A stretch of DNA of 64,000 bases from Selaginella moellendorffii (GCF_000143415.4 NW_003314331.1:354244-418243), one strand, 5' to 3'; shown: positions 46,760-61,043, counted from the first letter of the stretch. The notes: generated from the sequence alone by a model not told the origin. Translations and numbers: made by a program.

Positions 46760-47965
46760 GAATATCCTCTCCCCGGTTGCGACCGGTCCACTTGGGCGGT
46801 GTATGCAATGTAGACACTGTTATCTTAAGACAGTTGATACTCAGTCTGAGCAAGCACTGCTTTTGTTCTATAGTATGGATCTTGGAGATCTAGCAGAGAC
46901 AAATCGCAGCTCTCAGGAGCCAAGACGTTTATATGTTTCCCCATCCTTGGTCAGTTTTAAAGTGTTCCAGTTTGTTGGTCTCTACCTTAAGATCTGACGA
47001 AAAGTCAGTAATTTCTCTCGGAGAACCAGCCTTCTGCAGGTGGTAGTTGACCAATTTAAACAAAACCTCTTCAGCTGGAAGACGAAGAAGCTCTTCTATA
47101 TCCTAGAAACTTTAGAATTTTCACACAGATTCATTTTTTATTACCTCTGTATCGCTTACCATCTCCGCGAGCTCTGGTGCCGCTTTCATGTTGACGCCAG
47201 AAAGGCATTGAATCTGACAAAACACTGATGCTCAGGATGAGGTGAGACTGCATAGACAAAAACAAGATTGTTTTTGCGCATAAAATGGAAACTCTTCCAG
47301 CGATCAAATCTTCGGTTCCAATGTTCACAACCAAGCAATTGCTTTTGCAGAGTTCAAGCATAGTGTGTGATTCTCGACCTTTTCCCAAGTATTGAGATCC
47401 TTTTTCATATTGAGAGCCCTACGTTGATCAGTTTGCTGCAAGACCAGTGATTAGTTTTTCAGCGTGAAAACACGACCAGAAACTTACCAGATCAGTATAC
47501 CGTCCTGAACAGCGTCAAAGAGATCATCCCTAGACGAGTCAATCGCAAGAAAGAAGGAATGTCCCCCATGGAAAGATGGCTATTAATATGATCGCTTTTT
47601 TCCTTGTGGTAGTTGATCTTTTCATGGGCTCGTTTGTGGGCTGATTTTGACGCCGCTCTTTTGAATCTCCAAGTATATCTGCAGAGACAAGAATGTTCGA
47701 TTGAGAGACTTCGGAAACGATGATCGCGTTACCGACAGAAAGGCCTCATTATCCAAGCTGCTGCTCCTTTCTTTCAGTCTTGAAAGTCCATCTTTGAACT
47801 CTTTGGCGGTGATCACGTCGCTACTGCTCCCGAAAAAGCTGAGAAAAAGAAAGAAAGAACGAGGTTCCTTACCTCGGATTTGAGCGAGCGAAGCTCATTC
47901 AGCGTAAATTGGCTCGCCAAAAGAGGATCGGACACCACAACGCCCCCCCCCCCAAAGGCAGCCAT
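46760..47965 (-). pseudogene. Fimbrin (actin-bundling) pseudogene, 5' half
   Basis: [63 protein letters not shown] and DIEELLRLPAEEVLFKLVNYHLQKAG..ITDFSSDLK/DGE. Introns retained; many frameshifts and stops. Confidence 0.88.
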
Positions 47966-48319
47966 CCCCTCAGCTCAGTCGCTCGGTCGCCAATTGTCTT
48001 CAAAGCATTCGGGTGGAAGGAAAGAACCACCAGCCACACCAAAATCGAGCTTTCTTCTTCGTCTCTCTGCCGTCTTTGTCGATTTCTTGTCCTTGAAAAT
48101 GTCAGGATGGATTAAACCGCCAAAGCTCTGCGAGAAAAACCAGCTCCTGAGGAGTGACTTGAGACAAAAGCAAACGCTTTGCACGTCCTGGAGTTTAATG
48201 CCGGGTACAAGGGCAAAGTTGCTCTACAGCGCTTATACTCCGCCAGCACGCTTTTCGTTAGTGTCCGAGATCATCGCAATACAGAGAAAAAGAAGAAGAT
48301 TGAAAAAATCCCACCTTTG

Positions 48320-49114
48320 TTGACGAGCTCGAGCAATTCTCCTTCTCCTAGATCCGCAAGCGAGGCGTAGTACGTTGGATCGTAGATCGAGCCACCGAGG
48401 ATCGGGTTATGGACGTCTGTCTGGCGGTCCCAGGAGTGGAAACCGGTGTGCTCTCAACGGAAGTAGCAGCGGGCTGGACAAGCCTCTAGTAGCAACTAGC
48501 GAGATTATGTGTGGCGAGAGACGGTCCTAGCCGGTTTGCAACCAAACCAGCGCCGAGAAGCTCCGCGTGAAGCCGATGATCTCCATCCATAGCGCAAGCT
48601 CCACCGAGAAGATCGCAATTCGTGGAGATCGGCCGTAACGCCTGCACGTAGAGAAAGCTCTTTAGAATCTTAGAATAAGGAAACTCTCGAGGAGAAACAA
48701 AACACTGTAAAGCACGAGTGGACAACTCTCTTAGATTAAAGAACAACAAAACATGAAAGGAGCAAACCAAGAAGAAACAGAAACTTACCTGATCTCATAG
48801 GAGAAGAAAATAAACCAAAGTATGTCGAGAAGCAAGGCACACACTAGCAATGCGGCATAAGTGCGGCCAAGGTGACTCCCACTCTCAATCGCCACAAGAG
48901 CAAACAACGCGATCGCTAGATTTGCAAGCAAGTGTAGAGTGTGCCGAGGGGGCCGATCAGCGCACACTGCGGCAGCAGAAGATTACAAGTGGATGAAATT
49001 GGGATGGATCTGACCTGAAGTAAATGGATGGAAGGGACAATAAATTACCTGGACATATTGCAAAATCACCGCTAGCGACTGCACATCCTGAATGCAGTCG
49101 ACGAGCCAGCGCAT
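48320..49114 (-). pseudogene. Conserved plant uncharacterised multi-pass membrane protein (At1g55535-like, from recall), frameshifted
   Basis: VQSLAVILQYVQ, CALIG, NLAIALFALVAIESGSHLGRTYAALLVCALLLDILWF, IFSVELALWMEIIGF and ILGGSIYDPTYYASL. Frameshifts after CALIG and near WLQ. Confidence 0.8.
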
Positions 49115-50899
49115 AGCTCCGCCCCGAAAACCCAGAAATGGCGAGCATTGTTCAAAAGGTCTTAACTTTAAATGTCACTTTTGAAAAGAGATGACGAACT
49201 ACTTCCTCGGGTCTTCCCGATCAGCTATGGTGGAATTCCGTGAAGTGGTGCTATGGAAAGCCATACCTCGATTACCTTCATAGCTAGTGCTTACAAAAGT
49301 TGTAAACAGCTTGATATATTTAGGAGATATTCAAGCTGAAGAGTGTGTTCAGCAAAGAAAGAGAGCCTGGAATCATATCAGTTATCTAGAAATATCCAAA
49401 TTCTGGATGTGATTTCCTAGCATGGAGATCAATAGCTTTTACAAAGGTTGTCTGCCTAGAGGTTGAACTCTTGAGCTTGACTGACAATCTACTCAAGTTC
49501 AACTTCTGTATGCAGTTTTGTGTTTGCCACACTACACCAAAGCTAACATGAAGTTTTCAAAAGTTACACCAAAGCCAACATAAAATTCTCAAAAGTTACA
49601 TGTGTCAAGGATGACCATGCAAAGTCAATTGTTACTGTCCAGCAGTTGTAAGGTGATCAATCTTTCAAACCAATCCATTAAAAAACAAAACTTGATCCAA
49701 AGATGAATTATACGCCTAGACATGGATTATAATGTTTTAGGATGCATCCTCTTCTTATCCTGATTTATTTCTGCTAATAGTATTATGTAGCTGTTCATCA
49801 CATCAGTCTAACACACTGAATCTAACTCAAATAAATTTTCTTTAGATGAAAAGTTATTTTACTGTGAATGCTTATTCTAATAAATTTGACTAATTACAAA
49901 AGTAAATAGCAAATAGATTGCAAGAACTTCTGTCTGAAATTGTTTTGGCAACAACTATATTTCCAATAACATGTCCATGATCCTCCTTTTTTGATCTAGC
50001 CTTCATTATGTTACTTGTTTTGTTTTTATTTTTAGAAATTTTTACAATTCCTTGTGCTAGTGGCATTTGGATCTTGTTAGATCGTCAAAAGAAACATTGA
50101 TTACAACCACTCTTATTTTCCCAGACTTGTGACATGATGACATACTCTTCAAGTTTTGGTATTGATCTCAAGGTCACAAGTGAAATTTAGCAGAAGGTTT
50201 GCTGTGGAGATCTTGGAAAGTACCCTAGCATAACAATTGAAAATGTAAGTAGCTTAGCGACAGTAACAAGCCTCAAATTTGTAAGGTAGTTAATTTTTGC
50301 ATTTTGTAGAGCAATTGTTATTTTCCTTCTTGATGGAAAGATAAAAATTACAATGGTCCTTCATTGTGCAAGATAAAACTTAATTTATACTTTCCAATAT
50401 AAAGATATTTATATATAAAAAAACACTTTTAATACAACTAATTCAATCACACAAAATCCTTCTTTCCTTCTTTTGATGCTATACATCATAAATATGCCCT
50501 TAAATTTGCACCCTGGAAAAATATATTTACTTTGTATTTGAAGAATAAGTTCTAATTTGCCCTGCCACTTGAAGGACATATTCAATTTTCACCTTGCACT
50601 AATGAAGTACAAAAATATTTTAATGTTGCTACTTGCAAGGTAAAGCAAATTTATATATTACAGTATGGATAATATTTTATCAAATATTATTAAAAATATT
50701 ATAAGAATATCTTGGTGTCAAATTAATGAAGTCAATGTGAATAGAAAATGAGAAAGCAACAGCAATGATAAAAATAATATAAGATTGAAGCATTTTTTAC
50801 TATTGCTAATGGGAGGGAGAAAAGACAGATATATCAACAAAATATGGCAAAACAAAAATTTCATGATTCCTTTTTCGGTGAAAGACTTAAAATTATGAT

Positions 50900-51482
50900 C
50901 TCCACCGTTACCTGAAAGTATATTCCGTTGAAGACCGTTCTGGTTTCACTTCGTGTTCATTGAATCCCCAAACCATTTCCAATGACTCTCCTTCTGCGTG
51001 CAATATCCATATGGTGACACGCAGCAGCGGCTGGCAGCAAGTGCCGTTCGAGACGATGAGCAAAAACCGGTTGCCATACGTTCTCTTGTCAAATGCCTTG
51101 AAAAGAGGATGAGATGTTTCTATTTTCGCCAAAGCTGGACAGTCTTCATTGCTTGGATTTAGATAGATGGCTTCAGTCAGTGATCGATGATGAGGTGAAA
51201 AGGCTGATCCAAAGTCCGGATACATTGAAACGAATTTTCTCCCTTGAGAAGCTTTACTTTTGCTATTAGAACCAGATGAAAAAGATGTCTCGTTAGGCAA
51301 TTCATCTTCAAAGAATCATCACCTGCTTGAGATTCCCAACCTCGGCATATGCCACACCCATGGGTGTGATATCGAGAACATTAACAGCTCCATCGCGGCT
51401 ACAGAGTTACCGCTGTATGTGTATGTGGCTAACATGGAGTTCCACGAGACAACAGATTTGTTTGGCATTCTGTTGAATAGAA
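50900..51482 (-). pseudogene. PLS-class PPR fragment joined to an unknown coding segment (copy 2)
   Basis: LFNRMPNKSVVSWNSMLATYTYSGNSVAAMELL and LPNETSFSS are typical PLS PPR motifs. They are followed by ORF 50908-51300 of unknown nature. Confidence 0.65.
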
Positions 51483-52196
51483 ACTGATCAAGTCCAAGCT
51501 AAAATGCATTCCGAGACGTGGTATCATATCAAAAACAATTATCTCAAACCTTGCTGCTGACCAAATTGGATGTATGCAAAGAATGGATATCACGCTGTGA
51601 AACGGAATGGATTCAAACAGTTGCTGGGCGTAGCCATCACATTACATTCCAGACATCCTTGTGTGGGATTTGGCCGAAGGGGCATTACATGTTATTTGGT
51701 ATTTGAAAACTCACAACAATGGCAAGCCTCCCGTCATCTTAAACAGCTGCATACGTCCTGGATCTATCCCAGCACAAGAGATTGCTCCAAAGTACGTCCA
51801 TTCCATGTTGCTTCCCCAGCCACTGATTGCGAAAACAAAGGGCGGGAAAGTCCGAAGCAAACTCTACAATTTTTGTTCCTCTCATGCAGTACTGTGCCTC
51901 CGTGTCTGGCTTGCGTAGCCCAAAGACTCGATAGAGCAGCTTGCATTAAGCGAGAAGGAACGCGAGGCTAACCAAGACGCCGCCTCATGGCAAAGATAAT
52001 TCATGCGTCAAGACCCCACAAAGACTATCGATAGATAGATATGCAGCCCAAAAACTCGGATACCACAGCTCGGTCTCCCGTATAATTCGGACAGACGCGC
52101 GTTATTCTACGCGTTTGGAGAATTCCACGCATTTGACGTTCGATGACACATTCTTCCATACACTCCGGAATCAAGATGGCAAATTCAAAATTTCCC

Positions 52197-53258
52197 ATGG
52201 AGGAGATCCGGGAGCTGTGCCGATAAAGCTCGCCAGGGCCAAGCAAATCCTAGAAAAACACTCCTACATTCAAGGCCCCAACAATCCATCCTCGCGAGGA
52301 AGAATTCGTTGTCCAATTCTTCTACTGGATGCAATAGTTCGCTTCCAAGAGGTCCGCGAGGATGAATTCGGCCTCCAGTTCTACTTCCGCCTCCATCCCC
52401 CAGATCGACTACTCGGCGCCGGCAGCGCGATCCTCCAATGTCGGGGATCCAAATGATCCCCTCTTCGACGACCATACATGGCGGCCGTGCCCTTGCATCC
52501 AGCTCGACACCAGGAACCAGATACGCATCACGATCCCGGCATCGATCCAGCACAAAGTCCGCGAGCAGCGCGTGGCAATCTCACTGGTGATCGTGCCCAG
52601 CGTCCGCAACACGCCCGCCAACGTGGATGTGGAGCCGGATCAAGACCCTCTCGGTGGGCGTGCTCTTGATGGACGTGCTCAAGAACAAGGAGGCGCTGGG
52701 TTTCTACCCCTACCGGATCAGATTCTCGATCGAGCCACTGCTGGGCGATCCCAGTGCCGTCGCGATCACTCTACACGCGCAGGATCAGTGGAGCTGGGGA
52801 GAGGATCTGGGGAATGGAATACGAGGAATCGACAGAGACGGGGATGATCAGCGCTGGCGGGGAGGAGTCTGGGAACACGGCGGTGTTTGAGTGGAGGCTC
52901 TTGCGATAGAGCCACAATGGGGTGAGGTACAACGCGAACAAGCCACACTCTGGACTGGGCTTATCTACCAAGTCTCTCAAGGTCCGTCCTCCATATAGCC
53001 ATAGCCATCTCAATCTCAGTGGATCTCTCTCTTTTCTTCCAGGCCCCATTTCCAGGAGGAAGCACAGGAATCAACGATGTCATGTGGCCTCTACACTCGA
53101 GCGTGAGATCAAAGTTTCCGCTCCAATTCAAGTTCCAGTTGGAGGTGGGAATGCATCTGCTGTGGTTTGTGGGCACGTACCGGCTGCTCCGAGTGGCCAA
53201 ATGGACTAGCGAGGCATTTGAGTTTCATCACGAGTTTCTAGTCAATCCACCGTCCTGA
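52197..53258 (+). pseudogene. Uncharacterised family, subfamily A copy 3
   Basis: MEEIREL..., IPQIDYSAPAARSSNVGDPNDPLFDDHTWRPCPCIQLDTRNQIRITIPASIQHKVREQRVAISLVIVPSVRNTPANVDVE, ALGFYPYRIRFSIEP and KFPLQFKFQLEVGMHLLWFVGT, with frameshifts. Confidence 0.75.
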
Positions 53259-54794
53259 AAGTGTTCATTGGAAACAAAAAAATCAAGTGGAATATAGAAA
53301 ATGTCCTAATTTCTCTAGGACGGGGATTGCCACTTCATGGAGGACGAGATCACACCGTCATGGTGGCTCTAGATGTAATTAATCACACCGTTGGCGGAGC
53401 AAGAGAGCTTAACAATGATCGATTCGTCCCAAAAACACCAAGGGTGAGAGATATTGCAAAGCTTCATGTCCCTTTGTCTGCTTAGAGCTTGAGTTTGCTC
53501 GTGAAGTTTTCAAAAGTTCGAGGACGACCATGCAAAGCGCTGGTCAATCTCGATCACTCTCTTAGACCGATCCATTGAAAGACAAAGTTGCATCGTCCCT
53601 GATCATGATGTTTCAAGATTCATCCTGATTTACTTTCTTTAATGGTTTCATGTAGTTGTTGAATCGCTACATAAATTTTCCTTTTTTTGCATGAAATTTT
53701 ATTTTGCTGTGAATGCTTTTTGTGACTGATTACAAAAGTAAATAGGACTAGCAGAAAATTACAAATTCGCAAGAACTCCAAAGAAATTTTGGTGGCAACT
53801 ACATTTCCAAAAACATGCCCAAAATCGTTCACCATGTAGCTTGTTTTTGTTTTTTTTCATGCCAGTGGCACTTGTCTTGGAAACATTGACTACAACCATG
53901 CCTCCATGCAAATCTCCGATTTGTGACACGACCACATGTTTTGGTATGGATAACATCTTGATAACATTTTGGTGACATCTATTCTTGGCTTATATCGAGA
54001 GAATTGTCGTCCAGTAAACCATGTCGCAGCAAGGAGCAAAATCGAACAAACATTTTGCTTCCTTAAGGTACATCGAACAGGTCCATCATGCACGCACATG
54101 CGACGGGTGATCACGAGATTAAAGGCATCCCTGTCGATCCGAGCCGAGCTCGATCGAGGCTGGTGCGAGTCCTGATGGACCAAACTGCGAGATTTATTTA
54201 TTTCCAGCGCTTGCGCGATGGGCCCGCTATGTATGAACTCGACAATGTACAAAGCCGTGCTTCTCTCCACGGTGGAGAGGTCTCCTGCTCGTCACGTCCA
54301 TGGTTTCAAACTCGTTCCATCGAAGCAACAGTATAGCTGCATTCTTTGCTTTGGCTACTTCCAGCAACCCGAGGAGCTCACTTTCTTGCTGACTTGAGAG
54401 ATTGGGTCTGCGCTTGCCGGCAAGATCACAGCGCTACCGTTAACTTTCGAGCTGCGGGACAAGTGTGATCGATCCCCAGGACTCAGCTCGTTATGTTTTG
54501 CTTGCTACAACTCGAGAGGTTGATAAAGTACAAATTTCTTCCATAAAATTGTGTATACAGAATTTCAAGTACATACATAGAAGATGGGCTCAAATGTTCT
54601 TACTTGAGCACCCACCTTTCTTGAGCGAATTTTTAAATGCGGGATCATGCTAATAATCCAAACACCCGCGGACGACATTAAATTGAGACGGAAGGTGGTG
54701 TCCAACTACTACATCTTGAAATGGGCCAACAATAAAGTGAGGCGCTCAGGCAAGGAGAGCCGTATGGAGAGTTTCATGGTACAAACTTTGCTGT

Positions 54795-55235
54795 GAACTA
54801 ATGTTTGCCAAGACACAAGTGGAACTGGAACTTACAGGACAAGAGCTTATCATCTGGCATCTTCTTCCTTGGTCTTCTCTGGGCTGTAGAACCACGCGTT
54901 GCAAACTGGCAGCTCATGACCAAAGGAGTAACAGGCAAGTAAACGAACTTAGCCCGTCCAAATTAATCGATATAATCTTATGAATTGCAGATGATGAGAA
55001 GAAACAAAACGTGGTGTACGTGATCAGTGTGGACAGGAAGCTCAGTTGCAGCGTATTCTTGCTGTGGGATGACATTGTCGAGGTAGTTTTATTTTTTCGT
55101 TTTCCAGTGAGGGATTTCTTTGTTATTTGCTTTCGCAGGTGAGACCCAAGATGGTGATGATCTTCGTAGCCACCGTGATGCTGTAGAGTCTGGGCGAGAA
55201 GGCTAAAAAAGCTGCCAATACAGCTGTTGTTGTTG
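54795..55235 (-). repeat. Inverted copy of element X
   Basis: Reverse-complement match to 44600-44945 and 62240-62610 (e.g. [33 protein letters not shown] and 'gacaagagcttatcat'). Confidence 0.7.
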
Positions 55236-57729
55236 GGCTCCACAACAAAGTCTCTTCATTTCGTTTCTCCTTTGATTTTTTCATTGTAAAGAAGAATTCT
55301 TTGTAATACTCGCGTTCTTCCTCAATCATAGTGCATTTTTTCCTTTGGTTTCTAGCACGATTGCTTGTGCGAGTGTTTCTGCTCCAGAGTTTCCTAGCGG
55401 CCAGCCACAGGGACGAGGAGATGGATGTGGAACCAAGTGCATTTTTCCTCCTAAACGAGGAGATGGATGTGCGGGACTTGACACTTCTTAGCGTGAGTGA
55501 GGTAAGATAGAAAAAATGAGAAGAAGAAGAAAGAGATAATTCCTCTTTTGTCATTATTGCAAGTACTAGAAATTGCCCAACAAGAAGCTGGCGAGTTGGC
55601 AAGGTGAAGTTCTCAAAAAAAAAAAAATCTGAGCCAAAAGACAAATACATTAGCCAAGAGTTTTATGACAGCTTGAAGCATAGCTCTAGTTCTCCTGCAG
55701 TGTTTTATATAAGAGAATTGTAGTTGTAGAAAGAGACATAAAGAATTTCTCACTGGAACTACTCTAGTGACTATAGCTGGGATAACATTGATCTCATAGC
55801 CGACCTAGAGGTGTTTACATAAAATCAAAAGTTCAAAGTCATCCAGTAAAATGAATGCTTTCAATTGCGCTCGCCCAACCATGGCAGTATGGCTACCATC
55901 GTGAGAGCCAACTTCAGATATGTCGATCTTACCTATTCCTAACTAGGGCGTCTTACAAAGATGAGCAGAAAATTCTTGTGCAGCATATGAAAGATCCAAG
56001 CAGGCTCTCCAATTCTATAAGCACCAGCCATCCATTGCTAATCCAGCCCTAAAGAAAAATAGGATGGATAAGACCCTACACACAGCATATGCATGAGCCA
56101 AGCTTTATATATCCAACATTGCAAAGGACGATCACTTGATATACCCATTCATAAATCCTATGCTTGAGCAATGCAAGCTCTTGGGCCTCCATCTCTAGTG
56201 CCCGGCACTACTTCTTTTTCTGCAAACTTTGAGGCTGCAATAAAGAAAAGAAACCTGGAGCAAGCAAAACTTTTGTGTCAAGGAGTTGTGATAAAACAAA
56301 ATTCCTTGGCTGCAAGGGCAGAGTAGGAGGGGCTGTGGTAGAACAAGAGTTTTTCCCTTCTCGGCTACAACTTCCTAGTATTGCCCAGCAAATGCTGGAT
56401 GAGTACAAAAATTAGTAATTTTATACAATTTTTTTCTTCTGATATTTTTATACACACACAACTAATATATTACCAAAGTGTAAAAACTGAATTACTATGT
56501 AAATATTATTGATAAAGATATTATATGCAGTATTACTTGGGAAAATGGATATATTTAGAATACTAAGATTTTAAGAAACTTAATACTCAACCCAGAAAAA
56601 ATTGAAACAAAATTGCTAAGAATGAGTTTTTTATAGATATAAGAAAAATATATTTAGTACACTTCTAGAGAAAAACAATAAAATAAGAATTACGAAAAAT
56701 TAATTTTATTAATTAGATGTTACATGTAAAGTATGTTTTTTATTTGGGATATAAAAACATTTAGAATCCTAAAATATTAAGGAAACTAATATATTACTAC
56801 CCAAACTCATAGAAATGTAAAAAAGAACTACTAATATTAATTATCATTAATTAAGGAAGCATTATTTAATTACTATGTGTTGGAATATTTAAGAACATTA
56901 ATATATTACTCAGACCCAAACATAACCTAAAATTAAAAAATTATAAATAACCCTTAAACTCAAACACTTAAAAATAGAATCTAAATAAATTAATTTAATT
57001 TTAAGTAATATAGATTTAGTAAAGAATTACTTTGCCATGTGTTTTTCTTAGAATATAGAACAATAAAACTACTACCCAGACCCAAGTAAATCTAAGAAAA
57101 GAAATACAAAAAAATCTATAAATTCAAAACCTGATATTCTATGTTTGTAAGATTTATGAAGGTGTTTAATTTGTTTGTATTAAGACTAAGCTAACCCACA
57201 CCTTGAGCATGCTGTAATTGCTGGATCAATACATCCACAGCTTAGGGGCAACTCTATCTATCAACTAAACATATACATAAAAAAGAAAATTGTAAGACAG
57301 TGTAAGTGCCATCTTAATTATACTAACTGATTGAGGCAAGTTTAAGTCAAAATGAATTTTAATCATAGTATCCAAGCTAGGAAACTATATTCTTGGCCCA
57401 ATGGTTTTGCCACCTAAGTAACATCTCCTGTACAATCACCAGCAGACTCAGCAGCCATGCCCTACGAGAACCCCAAGAGCTGTTATTGTGCCCACACAAT
57501 CCCTCACAAGAGTTTTCCAGGAGCCAAAAAAAATTGATAAGCCATGCAGGAGGGCCATAGACCCACAGCAAGGAACATTTTTTATCGCCTATTGTCCATG
57601 GCTTATGCCTCAGCAATTCTTTACCCCAACATCCAGCCTCCACCCACAACCGGAGGAAGGTGGAACAACGAAAGAGGTTGTGCTTACCCTGACTTTGATC
57701 AACCATGGTGGACTTGACACTCTTAGCCT

Positions 57730-58010
57730 TCTGCTTCTGGAACTCTTGCGCGAGCGAGCAAAAGCAGTGGGAGAAAAAATCTTGGCTCCACGATCTAGGC
57801 AGCTTGTCCTTCTCCCAGAGCTTGGTTCTGTAGTGCGTAGAGAGGCAGCAATATAGCCCAGCAGTGCAAAGCAAGCAATACAAGAGCCTGTTAAACAAGC
57901 ACACTGAGAAAATGAGTGCGATAACCATCTACAAACTTGTAGTGTTACTAGGCTCTGAAAGCCTGAGCACACTTACCAAAAGCTCCAAAAGGAAGCCATC
58001 TATCATAATG
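57730..58010 (-). pseudogene. PLAC8 / PCR / FW2.2-like Cys-rich protein fragment
   Basis: LYCLLCTAGLYCCLSTHYRTKLWEKDKLPRSWSQDFFSHCFCSLAQEFQ resembles the PLAC8 'YRxKLR.kY.L....DfxxHCxC..LxQE' signature. Degenerate and partial. Confidence 0.6.
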
Positions 58011-58167
58011 GATTGTGGTTATTTTAAGTAATATATATTATTAAACAAAGAATATTAATGATCATCTCATTTTAAACCACTCTTTTGCACGCTTTAAAGC
58101 CATAAAACAATTTTAACTTTCCTGTTGAAAATGAAACTTTTAAATAATAATACTATTAGTATTATTT

Positions 58168-58270
58168 TATATACATACATACATATATATACATATACAT
58201 ATATACATACATACATACATATATATATACACATACATATATACATATATACATATACATACATATATAT
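58168..58270. repeat. Compound (TA)/(TACA) microsatellite
   Basis: ~100 bp of atacat/atatat repeats. Confidence 0.95.
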
Positions 58271-60653
58271 AGTAAGAGATACAAAAACAAAAAAGAAAGT
58301 TTTTATTTCCCTTAAAATAAGAATTAAATCATACTCTTATTTAATAGTTATGAGCTTTTAAATAAACTTTTAAAAGGACTTTTTTGGAGGAAAAATGACA
58401 CAATGCTCTTCCTTTGTAGTTTTGATTTCTAAGTAAAACTTTAAAAAATATCTTTTTCTACTACCAACTCAAGGATAATTTAGTTAAATTTTTTCTTTTA
58501 ATTATTCTATAAATAACACTAATTTTTTATATTAATTTTTCCTTTTAATTTCTTTTATTTTTATCATATAAATACTTTGTGACAATTATGACTTCAACTT
58601 TTCCTACTTATGACTCTAACTTTTCTATTGCTTGCACACATACACATATTTTAAAACTAATATACATATGCATATTCATGCAAAAAATAGTTTCAAAATA
58701 TATTTATGTAAGAAAATAAATAAATAATTTGAGAGAGACAGATTATTAGTGTTTTATAAATTGATTAAGGGTTTTGAAATATTTATTTTTGTATCTCAAA
58801 ACCCTTAAATCAACAGGTGTGGCAGCTAGTCTCAAGGGAGTTAACTATTATATTACTTTTGTGCATTACCTTGCTTATAGAACAAACTTATATATAGAAG
58901 ATGTTTACAAAAATTCAGTAGTTTGTGAGCTTTATAACGAAATAGATAATCTTGTGAATAGAGTGATTGTGTTTTTCTCTAAAATTTTCAACATATTGCA
59001 ATAATTGAAAACACTAAACTAAATTTTCATATATTAAATATATTGCATATCTAGCAAACTTGATAGTTGAGCAAAGGTAGAGCAATCAATTATATATATA
59101 GCAATTGTTAAATTTTTTAAAGGATGATGGAGCTTAAAATTGTGACAAAGCATAAGGTAGTGAACTTCATCTAAAGAGGATATGAAGAGAAAATTAAAAA
59201 GTAAGATAGAAATATAGGAGGAAGTAATGAAGAGACAAAAATGATAGAAACAAAGGGACAAAATAAAACAAAAGTGAAAAGAATGGAAAAGATATAAGGA
59301 AGTATAAAACAAGCTTAAAGTTATATTTAGCATGATTGCATTGTAACTAATTTATAACAAAGAGGTCAAAAGTTTGACTTAGCATCATTTTGTTAACGCC
59401 AAAGTCTCCATTTAAGAAATGGAGAACATCAATTTGAAAAATGCTAACAACATTGATACATATGACTAACCTCATCACACACTTAACAATAGATATCACA
59501 ACCACAACCACATCTTTAAATTCAAGTAACAATAACATTAACCTCCATTGGAATAAGATAATCTCCCACAACAAGTGGAGTTAAAGGATGTGCAATGAGA
59601 AATAAGAAGTATTAATATCTCACAAAGTTGTGCCAAGCAAAAAACATTATCAAGGGTGGTTGGAATAAATACATGCACAAGTCCTACACGATCTTAACAA
59701 AGTGTTAGCTACAACATTCCTAATTTAATCCGTTCTAATATATTTGGTTTTGCATGAAGCAAAAAGCCTTGGAAATGAATATTAATTTGCATCATTAACT
59801 TAGATGGCCCTTGACAAAGATGATACAATTGTTGGAAGGCATTATCACAATTGTTAGTATGTCCAAATATGTGTTTAAAGATGTCTAAGAAAATGCTCCA
59901 ATTTGCACAATGACTATAGTCAAATTATTGCAATGTTATACCTTGGAGACACGTGGGAAACTCATGCAAACACTAAATATCATCCCAAGAATGATATGTG
60001 GCAATCACTGTAAAATGATTGAACTAATGGTACATATTATTTGTAGGATTGCTACAGAAAAACTTTAGTCAAACACAAAGATTGGTAGCAAGAGCAAAAG
60101 AAGTTGTACCATGCTCTGTGAATGTCACCATTAACTAAGTTTAATTGTTCAATTACAACCACATAACATTGATCAATTGCACTAACTACTATTCCAGAGT
60201 CAAAGGAGGAAGAAGCTATTGCTCTACTATGAAAATGAATGGAGAAAAAAGGAAAAAACAATAGACAATACAAATGCTAAATCTAAACCAAAATCCTATC
60301 CAAACACTCTTCAAGGATAATTAAAGCTTGCTTTTTAACTCCACTAATTTGAGTGCATAGAATATGAAAATGGAATATAAAAATGTGTATATCAATTAAC
60401 CTAAAAAACTATAATTTATATATAGAAGCAAGTCATAAATTGTAGTGCAAGTGATCATAGAATGAAATTTGGATATATTATCACTATGGATTCTTGGAAC
60501 TTAGGGGATAAATAGAAATAAATAGCTATTAAGGGCTTTTTTATTAAGCAATTGTTTCTTTTCCAGTTGGCTTAAGGGAGAGAAGTACATTACATTTGGT
60601 ATTAAAGCAAATGGAACAGGTTCGATTCCTATTGATTAGTGGCTACTTAAAAA

Positions 60654-60917
60654 TATAATATATTGGTTGCAAGCGTTGCTTATATCTTAGTTGCATCACG
60701 AAAGTTGTATTAGTTACACCACGAAGAAATGTCACGAAAGTTGTATTAGTTACACCACGAAGAAATGTCACGAAAGTTGTATTAGTTACACCACGAAGAA
60801 ATGTATAATATATTGGTTGCAAGCGTTGCTTATATCTTAGTTGCATCACGAAAGTTGTATTAGTTACACCACGAAGAAATGTCACGAAAGTTGTATTAGT
60901 TACACCACGAAGAAATG
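60654..60917. repeat. Perfect higher-order minisatellite A-B-B-B-A-B-B (A = 42 bp, B = 36 bp)
   Basis: B = TCACGAAAGTTGTATTAGTTACACCACGAAGAAATG at 60696, 60732, 60768, 60846 and 60882. A = TATAATATATTGGTTGCAAGCGTTGCTTATATCTTAGTTGCA at 60654 and 60804. Confidence 0.95.
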
Positions 60918-61043
60918 TCAAATGAAGACATGTCAAATGAGGACAAACAGTAGAGGCTGTTAGTCAATATCTGTGGAAGCTGTTTCTATCCCTCTCGTAG
61001 TATATAATCCCCATATTTCATTCTTGCAAGTAGATGTGCAACG

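Noticed and set aside
55660-56410. Coding-like segment with broken ORFs
   Set aside because: No recognisable motifs in any frame examined, so no product can be assigned.
58125-58361. 78-aa ORF rich in Y/I/H/T
   Set aside because: It is the translation of a microsatellite.
60654-60917. CRISPR-like 36-bp repeats
   Set aside because: The units are directly adjacent or separated by an identical 42-bp block. There are no unique spacers and no cas genes, and the context is eukaryotic.
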